From: Epiperipatus broadwayi
Lineage: Eukaryota; Animalia; Onychophora
NCBI GenBank assembly: GCA_028023455.1
Contig: JAQFVV010000009.1
Coordinates: forward strand, 15,500,001 to 15,564,000
DNA length: 64,000 nt
Direction of reading: 5' to 3'
Shown piece after piece: positions 52,101-64,000 of the stretch. The notes under the pieces are model-generated. The model was not told where the DNA came from and did not search any database. It worked only from the letters and a program-made list of their open reading frames with translations. The position numbers and the translations under genes are program-made. Numbering within the stretch: position 1 is the stretch's first letter; every line of letters begins with the position of its first letter.

Positions 52101-54251
52101 AGTTATCAGATTGTCTATTTTCAAATTTTTCAATAATATATCTACATGTCAAGTAACTATTCACTCTTTAAAATTTTAAAATTCATTAAAAAAACATCTT
52201 TTTCTTCCAAAAATAATGTTCAATTGATTATGATATCAAAAATATAAGATTTAGAGAAAATGAAAATCCTAATTATGGCAATAGCATTCAATATAGATAA
52301 TATGTAAAAAAAAAAAAGAAAGAACTGACTTTGGCAGCCCTCGGCATAGTAACAGTTCTTCAGCAGTCTTCCATAGTATTAAAAAATAGTAGAGATTTCA
52401 AATAGGTTAGAAAACTGCCTTTTGGATTTCATGATTTTTTTCTTTTTTGTTTAACCATTCAATTAAAAATAACTAGATACCCATTTAATACTAATAATTG
52501 GGTGAATACCTAGACTATCTATATTTATTAGATAATCCTCAACTACTTAAAAAAATATTGTCAAAGTTTTACATGGAATTATGCACCACATCACACATGT
52601 GGATTGTGGATACTAATGTATATACATAAATATATCACCCTAAAAGTGAAAGAATTAGATAATAGGAAAAAATAAAAAAATGTTTTGATGTCTTTAATTT
52701 GTTTGCTGGAGGTATGTTGGAGATATCAAGCAGATATATACAATCAGGTTAGATTTAAATTTTCATCTGAAGAGCAAACAAATAAGTCTTGTATTGATCA
52801 TATTAGGAAACCAGTCAAATTCATCAAAAAAACTATACAGTTCTCAGAAATGTTAATAATTAAAGCTGAAAAAAATGATCATTAAAGCATCATGATAACA
52901 AATGTACCAATCACAATTCTATAAACCAAAGAGATGGCAGAACAAATCTAAAAAAAATACTTATTTTTATGTTATCAGGAGTTGATGTCAATTTCATTCT
53001 ACTTTATTATCTACTAAAGGCCCAAGGCATACTAATAATTTTTGTTTATACTTTAATGAAAGATTAATATCAAGCAGATCTTCAAACAGATCTGTTTGTT
53101 TGGAAAATGAAATATTTATTCAATTCATTACATAATGGTAGTGCATTTATCTGGGCTATGATTATGATGATGAGCATGAACAAGTAGACTTACAACTAAT
53201 CTAGATAATCTTACAATATTAATCAGTCAATAGATATCTAGTTAATTCTTAGCTAAAGTGTAATACAAAATTGGAAAATCATCCGAATCTTCACGCCTAA
53301 CAATGGTGAAGTAATAAATACAATTTCTATACTTATAGTAAAATACATATATATGCACACACCCTTTGGGGTGCAAACTGTATTTATGCAAAATATTGAG
53401 ACAAAATAAATCAAGAGAGTTAGTTAATAGTAAAGATTAAGGATTACTGCTCTCTCCTCATAAAGGCTATTAAAGAGAGCTCTGGCTTGCAGTTCGCTAT
53501 TTAAAAGTTGTTTTATCTTTTTACCCATATACAGTATATTATTATACAATATATACTAATGAATAATCTTGTATCAAGCAATAGAAATTTTAAAACTTGA
53601 TTGAAAGTAGACAAATAATTAATGAGTAGAAAAGAGAATTATTTTCTTATTTCTCTCTTTATAATAAAAAAGTATTCATTTTCATAATTAATATATAAAT
53701 TTATTTATTTTTTTTAAAAAGTGCACTCTAAATAGTAGAGATTTTATTAAGGTGCAAAATTTTAAAATAACACGAATTATTTTTGAGTAATCTATTAAAT
53801 CTGCAATCAGGTATATCAACTTAGAAAATTTGTTTTGTCTGGAACTACACTCTCTGGAGAAAAAATATACACTCCGGGGACAAAAGGACACAAATAAATG
53901 TACAAAGTATTTGACAGAAAATTTAAAAATAAAAAAGTGCAAAATTTAGAGTTCATTATAGTAAACAAAATAAATATTCTAATGGTTTTATTGTTCAGGA
54001 ATTTAAGAAATTTAAACACCAGAAGTGGCAGAGCTGGGTTGAGTTCATAAACCTTCAGCTCCAGAATATGCCACCCTCCCATAATGTCAAAACAAGAAGG
54101 AAATAACTGATTTTCTAAAAAAAATACGTCCATCGAATAACAAAAAAATCACCAAACGTCCAGCTGAGCTAAAGGCTTCTCTCTACAAATGATTTCTGTT
54201 TTTTTTAATTTTTTATCCCTATCAATAAGGCTATAATTCATCGTTGGAAGT

Positions 54252-54618
54252 AATGCATATATTCATCTGGCAATCATCTTTAATTCCATTTTACTGTCAA
54301 GCTAAAAACTAGAAATTCAAATCAGTCAAGTTGAATATCTATAATATAGATGTGAAACTACTTCAGAAACTATATATTTTACTGTCTTAATTCTTCATTA
54401 ATTATAGAAACCTTAGTCTCCTGGCTAGAAATATTAATAATAACATCATCTCAAACAATATAATAAAACAAAAACATCTCTCCATTTTAAGGTATACATG
54501 TATTCAACAAATCATTTTTCTCTTTTACCTATCAAGTTAAAATTTTGAAATTCAAATCAGTTTTTAGCTTGACAAGTAAAATGAAACTGAAGATGGTTGC
54601 AGGATGCAGGTGTGCATT
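54252..54618. mobile_element. MITE-like element with ~80-bp imperfect TIRs
   Basis: tgcatatattcatctggcaatcatctttaattccattttactgtcaagctaaaaact is mirrored by agtttttagcttgacaagtaaaatgaaactgaagatggttgcaggatgcaggtgtgca. Confidence 0.7.
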
Positions 54619-54841
54619 CATTTCAATTTTTAATCCCAGGTTTCATGGATAAAGCAAAAGATAGCAACAGATCTGAGGTTGTAAATTTAAATACTAAGAA
54701 TAAGAAATTTTATATATCTCTAAAAACCATTGATTACTCAAACTTATGATAATGTCACTAGAAAACTGCCTGCCTTAAAATCCAGTTAGTGACAAACTGC
54801 AAAGCAGACAGCTGCCACTAGCCATAACATAAAAAAGTTTT

Positions 54842-57261
54842 CTAGTATGAAAGTATAGCAAATAATAATACATGGTATGCTGTAAAAATGCTTTTCTGGA
54901 CAGTGGAATTGTTATGTTGAGTCACATTCATGGTCATTTTTGCACTAGCCTACAAAGTTGTAGTTTTGAAATAGGCAATATCTGGAGGGAGACTGAGCTC
55001 TCTATCAATCATGGTCACACTGATGCTCACATTATACAAAAATTGCAGACCTATGCTGAGAGTACACACCCAGGAATTCATGGCATTCCCAGGTTTGTGC
55101 TTCTTCACCTCAGTTCCTACACAGTTCCCATTGTACGAAGGCTGATTGACACATTCGCTGGGGAATTTCAAAACATTCCAGATTTATATCTGGTGGCATT
55201 GGTTCCCTTCCTCAAAAACAAGTAAAACCCTCAGAATTAACCAATCTCAGACCTATTTCAATGATACCACTTTTTATAAAACTCATAGAATCTATAGTGA
55301 AAGATTGCATTCAGGATCAAATATAACAACCATATATCTAAATTTCAGTTTGCATGGAAGGGATCCTAGACCATTCAAGCTGTTCTATGCTTCCTTCTAC
55401 TTGTAGAAAAACAAACTCATAGTGATACAGTTAGACTTTTCATCCGCCTTTGATAAAGTAATACCTTCAAAATTATTGCGCCAAGTTTTGCAAAACTATA
55501 ATGTACCAAAAGTATTTATACGTATAATTGGTAATCTACTACTAAACAGGTCTATCTTCACCTCATTGGATGGCAGATTGTCAGAGGGCTTCAGATCACA
55601 TGTCTCAATTCCTCAGGGTTAACCTTTGGCTACCTTGTGTTTTGTTGCCTATATAAATCCACTTCTGAGAGAGAGTTAGAGGCAAGGCTACTGGGCATAT
55701 ATGTACCAGCTTTAAAGCAAACTATTCAACACATAGCATTTGTTGATGATGTCTCTGTCTTCCTCCTGGATTCTTCATATTTGCAACATTACTAAGTAGA
55801 TTAGATGCCTTCACTAAGACTCATAACCTCCAAATTAATTTCACAAAGTTGTCAATGTGGAATATCAAATCTGGAAAGTCTGTTTCCTTGGTCTTCTCTG
55901 CGAAGCCACAGCTTTTCTTGGGATTCCCAATTTTTTTGTCCAAGCAGGCAATGTCTAGGGAGGTTAAAAACTCACTGCTGATTAAAACCAAAAAGGTGGT
56001 GGAATGGTTGACTAAAGAGACGTTATCACTTTCAGGCAAAGTGGTTCTGTTAAACATGATCATATTTCCCAGGCTTAGTTATTACTTCCCAATCATCAAA
56101 CCTACTAAAAAGTTTGAGGCACTAATCAACTCACAATGCTTAAAGCTATTCTGGAAGGGTGGAGTGGTGGCCATCAGCATTTCCAAGGCTCACAGACTCA
56201 AAGAGCAGAATGGACTTGGCCTGCACTCAATTACCACCCTGTACCTTCAAAAATCCATATCAGTATTGGCTACTATTTTTCAAAAGTTACTGGAACTAAT
56301 TTTCCCAGTTACAATTTAGCCTACTGAAACACCACCTCCTTTTGCCAGTCTATGGTTGGCCATACTCTGGAAGAGCATGAGTAATAAGCTGCATGGGACA
56401 CTGCTTGTATTGGATGGAAAAAGGACCTGGCAGGTATATAATCTCAAATATCCGAACCAGACTCCTCTCCCTATAACACTGGGGTTGAATAATAAATTGC
56501 TTGTCAGAAGAGCTAAATAATGGTATCTAGAGACAAAGCACATTGACTTCATCCTAAAAATAAATTTGGATTCTCTTCCTACCAGTCAGTTCCTGGTGCT
56601 GAGAAGAGGTTTTAAAAGGCTCACTCTCATTGTCAGCTATGCAGTCACAATGAATAGAGCTTTGATCATCTGCTCTACTCTTGTCCAGCGTTATCTCCAA
56701 TCAGAGACTTTGTCATTGATAAAGTGGCACTTGACATCAGAGATGTGCTTTCAGTAAAGAACACCATTAAGAATGGTCTTTTTGCGAATATTAGACTATT
56801 TTTCTGACATTCACAGTATGGTTGACAAGATGTAAAATAATCTTTAGAACATCAAACACACCGAAGCTGGACATATTTTTAAAGCTCCTTTTACAGGCAA
56901 AGACTAGAGACTGTGCGATATCACCTGATTTCCTGTTTCGTGACACATGGAGTAAAGTTGTTTTTCCCAATGTGTGAGATGAAGTTTGTGAAGTCACTCT
57001 TGAACAAATATTCTAACAAGAAAACAATCATGTCATAAGCATCTAAATAATTGAAATGACTATATTCTTTTCAAATGGTTACTGCTGCTGGTGTTGTACA
57101 TGTATACTTATATACATGTGTTTGTTCTCTGAGCTAATTATATTGTCATACTATTCATACTCTGTATCAAGAATTTGTTTGTTAAAGTATTTATAATCTG
57201 ATGTATTTACATGTAAAGTTTTCTATTGTATCTAATAAACTTTTTTAAATTAAAAAAAAAA
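54842..57261 (+). mobile_element. 5'-truncated L1/Tx1-clade LINE (ORF2 remnant) with poly(A) tail
   Basis: PGIHGIP, QLDFSSAFDKV, SIPQG*PL, IAFVDD, FLGFP, LSLSGKVVLLN..KEQNGLGL motifs; aataaa then poly(A); candidate 11-bp TSD AAAAAAGTTTT at 54831-54841 and 57262-57272. Confidence 0.9.
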
Positions 57262-57545
57262 AAAAAAGTTTTAACAACTAATAATTAAATCTATTAAATT
57301 TAACAGCATATGTCAAAGATTGGCAACACAATGTGGGATGGTCTTCACATATGCAAAATTATCCAAAATATTCAAGATGAAATACAACTTGATAGACTGA
57401 ACATAGCAGCTTCACTCTAAAAAAACAACTAAAAAAAATATTTTTAATTTTTTAACATGGAAATCAATACAGAAAGCTTTAGTTATTAAGTACACCAATC
57501 TGCTTCTGTTCTAAAAAGAACAAGATATTAATAATAAATATTAAG

Positions 57546-59244
57546 GTACTTATGTAGTTTGCCTGCTGGAAAGCTTGCCTCCCATTTTATTTTAAATTAT
57601 TCATTTTCAGGGAGTTCCAACACATGGTATAAACAATATAAGTCACTCTTTTTTTTTTTTTTTATTAACATAATAAAGAAAAGTCCAAAGGATTATAATT
57701 AAAACTTTTTTAATGTAAATGCAGTAAAGAATAAAAATAAAACATGATAAAGCAAACTATAATAAAAGTGCGGATAGACATCACTTTTCAGGCAAGCATT
57801 ATCCTGTAATTTTGAAAATATTTCACTCAAAAAAAAAGTTGTAATTAATTTTTTTTAATGTAAATTCACAACATTAGCTGTAAACTAATCTCAGTCATGT
57901 ACAAACAATGTTTTATAACCTTCTAACCACATTCCTTTCCAAACATATAGGTCCCTTAGAACATATTCAAACGCTACATCACCATTGCATCTTTGTTCAC
58001 ACATAAAGTATAATATCAGCCCCTTATCACTACTTTTCAGGTGAGCCTTATCCTGCAATTTGAAAATATTCCAAATTTTAATCATATTTCCAAAAATGAT
58101 AAGTCAAAAAAGAAATGTTAAAAAAAATGCACCATGTACATGTTAATCAATGTCAGCAAAAACAAAAAAAACTTTAATTTTAACCACGTTATCTGTTCAC
58201 CTCGTATTAACATTTGAGCATTATGTTGTGAATGGAATTTATTAAAAAATGTATTAAAATTTTTTTAAATTTAGAATATATTTGTTAATATTTTTTAAAG
58301 TTAACAAGCTATACATGTTCGAGAAAAGAAAATATAAACAATTTTCATGATCCCTTTTTGTTTACTTTTTTTTTTCTCAAAATTATTTTCTCAAACATGT
58401 ATGGCTTGTTAACTTTGAAAAAATGTTAACAAATGCATTCTTAATTAAATGTTAATTTTTAAAAATTCAAATACATTTTTTAATAAATTCCATTCACAAC
58501 ATAATGTCCAAATGTTGACATGAGGTGAACAGATAACACATGATTAAAATTAATGTTATTTTTTTTGTTGACATTCATTAACATGCAGTGATTTTTTTGA
58601 CATTTCTTTTCTGCCTTATGATTTTTGGAAATACGATTCAAATTTGGAATCTTTCATCGACAGAAAAAAGATGCAGTGGTATATTTTGAAAATTATAGAA
58701 TCATGCCCACCTGAAAAGTATGTGTTAGTGGGCATCTTACACTTTATGTGCAAACGTAGATGTAATGGTGGTGTCATGTGTGAACATGTTCTAAATGCCT
58801 CTCTTTAGAAAGGAACGTGATTAAAAGGTTCCAAAACATTTGTGAGTGCACTGAGATTAGTTTACAGCTGGTGTAGTGAACTTACATTGGAAAAAATTTT
58901 AATTACAACTCTTTGAATTTTTATATGTTGCAGTGGAATATTTTCAAAAGTGCAGGGTAGTGGTTGCAAGAAAAGTGATGTCTTTTCACACCTTTGTTAT
59001 ACAGTAGTTTGCTTAATCATGTTTTATTTTTATTTTCTTTACTGCATTTACATTAAAAAAGCTTTTATTACAACCTTTTGGATTTTTGTGTTTTTTTAAC
59101 ATCTTAATAAAAAAAACATTAATATTGAATACAATAACTTATGAGTCAGCCACATTCTTTATACCATGTGTTGGAAGCCTCTAAAAGTGAATAGTTTAAA
59201 ATGAAATGGGTGACAAGTTTCCAACAGGGATACTATGTAAGTAC
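57546..59244. mobile_element. ~1.7-kb foldback element with ~780-bp diverged inverted arms
   Basis: Continuous reverse-complement match from gtacttatgtag..ttccaacacatggtataaa inward to a ~60-bp spacer near 58350. Confidence 0.9.
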
Positions 59245-61759
59245 TAATAAAAGCATAAATATGCAAAAAATGATTAGCAGCAATAATTGAAATATTACAT
59301 ACTGAAGCATTCATATTATAAAACATTGTTAAAACAGAATAAAAGCAATAAATCATTTTGAAATAAGTTATATCATTATCAACATCATTATTAGCACTCA
59401 GTCACAAATAAATATGGACACTAACTTCAGAAGAAAAAAAAATGAAAGGACAAACAATAAAAAATTAAAGATGAATTATGCATTGATTATATAAATAAAT
59501 CTCTAAGAGATATATATCCATATATATCATATGCTGATCTTTTAATCTATTTATGTGACATCTCTCCAATTATTTTTTTTCTATAAAAGACTTGACTTCA
59601 ATACCTTGCCTAGTTATAGATCTCTTTTTGCATTTTATCCTCAGCCATATCTACCAATGAAAACATACAATAATATATCTATTTCTCCTACCAAATTCAT
59701 AGTCTAATTCAGTATGTAGTAGGAGGGAAATCTGTTATTGTTTAGTCACAAGATACAATCTTATGATAGAAGATTCAACATTATAATATTCAGAAATCTG
59801 ATAAATGTGAATTGAACTTATAATCCTTTCCATCATACTTTCTAAATATTAAGAAACAATTTCAATAAAATTGTTCTAGTGCATTTAGGTTATGTCAATA
59901 GAAGGTCTCTATATCTTATTACACAGTAAATTTAGCAAAATAATAATCCTATGTATAATGTAGATAAATATACAAAATGTATACAAGATAGATAAGCTTA
60001 AAATCTGTGAAATTAGCAATTTTTGCCTAGTACACTTTCGACTAACTATAGTCATAGTCATATATAACTAATTTAGTTAAAATAATTATATTACTATGAT
60101 TAAATATCCTATTTTATTAGCTTATTAATACAGCAGCAGCACATTGGTATTTGTTTAGCAGGTTAAGATCCAAATCTGTCTTTCTATATAAAAAGCTACC
60201 AAAATATTTAAATTGAATCACCTTCTCAAACTGATACTCATCCAAAATAAAAGCCGCTAAAATTTTTTTTCTTCTCTCTGACTGATGAAATATCTGCTTG
60301 TTGAAATGTTAATTACTAACTAAAAGTTGCATTTAAAACATAGAAAGTTCTGTAGATTAATGATTTCCAACCATTTTATATTTATGAACTACTTTTCCAA
60401 TTACATATAATTTGTGAATCACTAGCTTATGGATAATATAAAAACATTAACACATAATTGCTTTTATTCAGTAGATGAATAGGCCTATATTTAATAACTT
60501 AAGTTAGTAATTGTCAGATAATAAGGAAATTGTAAAGAAATAGTAATGAAAATAATTATATATACAATTTATTACATATACATTGATCAAAGATTATGCA
60601 CTCGTATAATTCAATGATTGGAATTACTAAATATTCAGTAACTCCTTTGAGATTACATTTAATTCACTACATTTTCAATATTATGCTTAATAAAAGTCAG
60701 ATGTCTCAATGCTAATTCTACTCACAAATAAACACAACTGATAATAGTTCACAAACAATAGTATATATGAAACTTTTTTTTTTTAATTTTAAAAATCTTT
60801 ATTGATAATAAATTATATACAAATATTAACATATACATTTTAGAATAATTCAAATTACATAGACAAATGTATGATGAGACTACAATGTATAATGGTACAG
60901 GCAAAAGTATAATAAGCTGCTTAATTCAGATGAAGAATGATCCAAATTTGAAGAGTGCAGCATTTTATATGTGAATTATTTACACATCTAAAATTGTTTC
61001 AATGATTAAACTTCCATGGGATGTTAAAGATATTAAGAATTATTTCTCTAACATTATTTATTATCAAATACTTACTAATGGCAATTGCTTATGTGTGTTA
61101 TTTATGTGTGGAAATATAAAGTAGTTTTCATATTAACACTCCAATATGGATGCAAATAAAAATATCAACTTAAGCAAAACATATTAATTTTTTAAAAAAT
61201 AGTAAACGAAAAGTAAATAGAAACAGAGCAAAATCAAATAACTTAATACATGCAGCTACAGTCTATTAATAATGTATCACAGACCACAAATTAAGAACTC
61301 TGCTGTAGATTAGTCTTCAATTGGCTAGAATAACACAATTATCAGCATTCTTTAAATCTAAAAATCAAAAAGATAAAAGTTTTACATTTTGCTTTTAGTC
61401 AGTTTAAATTAAAAACAACACACTCAAATACTTGAATTCTACTAATAGTACTGATCTTTTTAATATATATACCTCATGGAAAAGCTACATAATATAAATA
61501 AAGTTTTGTGGACAATTGATTAACTTCAAACTGAGAACACAAAAATATTTCAATTAGCTGAATCAAATGCCAAACAACGTAAATCATGTTTTTGCTTATG
61601 ATTTACATGGCAATAATAACCATGTACATTCCTTTCTTGGTTATGAAAATCATAATGAGTCTTTCATGACCATTTTATCACTGAAATAAACCCAACCAAT
61701 AAAATTCTTTAAAATGTTTTTGATGATATTCCATAACTACTGCAGTTATTTTTAACTTC

Positions 61760-62125
61760 ATTATTTTTATAAACATCAATAGGCTTATTAATAATACCAA
61801 AGATAAAAGAAATATTGAAGCAACCCCCCAGATAGTATATAGAATTGTGTGCCCTCAAATGGGGTGTGATGCTATTATTATGGTGAAACTCATGCCATAA
61901 TTGGCAATAGATTGGCTCAACACAAATACATATATACAAGAGCAATAACCAAAAAAGAAGGCAGTTCTGTATTTTCTGACTACCAACAAGAGATCAACCA
62001 CAGATTTGAACCCTCCAAATGACATCAAGAGAAAAATCAAGGAAGCTTGTTTTATCACCAATGATATCAATTCAATAAATAGAAAAGACACTTGTTTTGC
62101 CATTTCCAGAAAATGGATAATATAG
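61760..62125 (+). pseudogene. Penelope-like GIY-YIG endonuclease remnant
   Basis: IVYRIVCPQMGCDA(YYG)ETHAIIGNRLAQHKY..SSVFSDY..NHRF..KRKIKEACFI..SINRKD matches the PLE VY.I.C..C...YIGET.R.L..R..EH...EA.FI...N pattern. Confidence 0.75.
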
Positions 62126-64000
62126 AAGATAATTTTGCATACATTTGCATATAATGACATTAATAATCTAAGAGAATATGATTATGGAGTAACAAAACTC
62201 TGAAAGCGCTTAGTCTGCAGAAATTATGATATTGAAAGCCTACAGAAATTATTATATAAAGAAGTTTCACCGCAACGCATCAGCGTGTTATTAATAAACT
62301 CATTCAATAAAAACATTTTTAGAATCAGGTGACATAATATCATGGGTCTATATATTTAAACCAATAAATATCACATGACCACCCCTATAAAAATGTCAGT
62401 AAAAAACTAACGTAGCAACACCATACTTCAAAACTTCTCCAGGATCTGCAGCCTTTTTTTTCTAAGATTATAAAGAACTGCTTTATCTTCATAAACTTGA
62501 TGTATTTGTCCAAATTTAAATGAGTGAATTGGTTGTACGTAAACCTATAAGCAGATATCAGAATCCTTATATCATTATTTATAAAATGCAAACTACTCCC
62601 TCTTCATACAAAAAATGGCTGAAATATAAGACTACTATCAACTAATTAAATTGGATTAAAATACCTTATAAATAGATATCAAAATTCTTATATCATTAAT
62701 CAGAAAAGTGCTCAAACTATTTCTTTTATACATTAAAAATAACAATCTTGGTCATATAAAAGAATATCATCAATTAGTTCAATTGGATTATATTATCATT
62801 TTTCAGATTTAGACATCATATTCATAGCATCAATTTTTTTTTTAAAAAGCAAATCCTATCAAAAAATAATTACATCTATATTGCAATTTTAATTCATTAC
62901 TCATTTTTAAGTTTTCTTGACAATTATTGAACTTCTACTTTTAAATTCTTGCACTGCTTATGAAATGAAATTCCACATTCATTTTATTATTCTGCTAAGT
63001 AGAATAATGTTGTGTTTCCTTTTAATCATGTCATTAAAAATACATTGCTAGTATCCTTTTTAAGTTAATGCTTAAACTCATTTAGCACACTATTTACGAG
63101 AATGCTTTCTCTCAATTGAAATCTAAATTGCAATTTTAGTGTTTAACAACTTTTGAAATTTAGTTTTGTTTCTAAAACTGAAATAAATTTTCTATCTATC
63201 AACATGTTTAGAATAAGATGTATTTTTTAATACGACTATCATTTTGACTTTGAGTCTTACTAATATGTTTTCTATTCTATAATTGTTCCAGTAGCTGCTC
63301 CACAATATCAACTTATTTTATGTTTTAACTCCAAATTTTAACATAATCATAAGATAGTATATAAATGCATCAAACATATTTTACAAAGATTTTTTTGTCT
63401 GACAAAGTATTCTCAGTAGTCAATCCATCTATTGTGCAAAAATTAAACAACAAAAAAACCATCAAAGTTTCCAGAGCCGATAGCATTATTTCTAATAACT
63501 TTGAGTTATAATTTATTGTCAATCAATATAAGCATTAAAACTTCCAAGTAAAAAAAAAAAAAATTTTTAATGGTAGTGATGTAATCATTCTATCCAACAA
63601 AGAATCAATTTTGTTTTAATATGAATTTTTTGAATCTAACATTGATAAAATGAGCACAAGTACATTATGCAAAATATTTTTTTAATATCATTAGTCTTAT
63701 ATTAACACATCTAGAAAGTCCAAGAGCAGAATATATCATATGAATTCAATACCATGCAGTTTACTTTCATTTGATAATCAATCTGTCCAAAAAATTTACA
63801 CTCAAAATATATCACTTATTAAAAATAAAATTTGCTGCATTTTAATAAGAAAAAATATTTAAAAACCATTTCCTATTATACTAAAAAATTAATAGCATTT
63901 TTTGAACTCATAGGTAACACTAATAAAAACTAATAAATCTTCATACTAATATGTGAAAAGAAGCTAATATTAGAAGTTTGAACTTATAATTAAAATATTA

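Noticed and set aside
60275-60320. CTGATGA aata/tgtt GAAA tgtt
   Set aside because: Weak AU stem II and no stem I pairing.
62260-62300. Minus-strand ctgatgc..gaaac near the GIY-YIG remnant
   Set aside because: A9 is absent, stem II is poor, and there are no stems I/III.
1-64000. CRISPR arrays, rRNA, tRNA, prokaryotic operons; most ORF-track ORFs as genes
   Set aside because: No repeat-spacer arrays or structural RNA gene motifs were seen. The ORFs are short, often start with alternative codons, and are TE-derived or expected by chance in AT-rich DNA.

Overview
AT-rich, CpG-depleted eukaryotic (probably invertebrate) DNA made mostly of nested, decayed transposable elements. There is no confidently identifiable intact host gene, and most ORF-track ORFs are TE remnants or chance ORFs. 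Recognisable elements: Buster-type and OC1/GTF2IRD2-type hAT transposons and hAT MITEs with 8-bp TSDs, a deleted mariner, a Gypsy element interrupted by a MITE and by a 2.1-kb CpG-rich insert, RTE and L1/Tx1 LINEs, two Penelope-like RT/GIY-YIG remnants, and several large foldback palindromes. The main discovery is a set of type I hammerhead ribozyme (HHR) repeats that the ORF track does not explain. Family A is a 452-bp tandem array with an inverted copy (1-970). Family B is an ~830-bp palindrome with an HHR in each arm (20024-20856). Family C is a 216-bp TSD-flanked insertion starting at an HHR (44329-44544). Family D is a palindrome with partial HHR cores (48893-49168). Three of the four show a head-to-head inverted arrangement, suggesting retrozyme/Penelope pLTR-type RNAs. 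All calls were made by eye; boundaries without TSDs are approximate.
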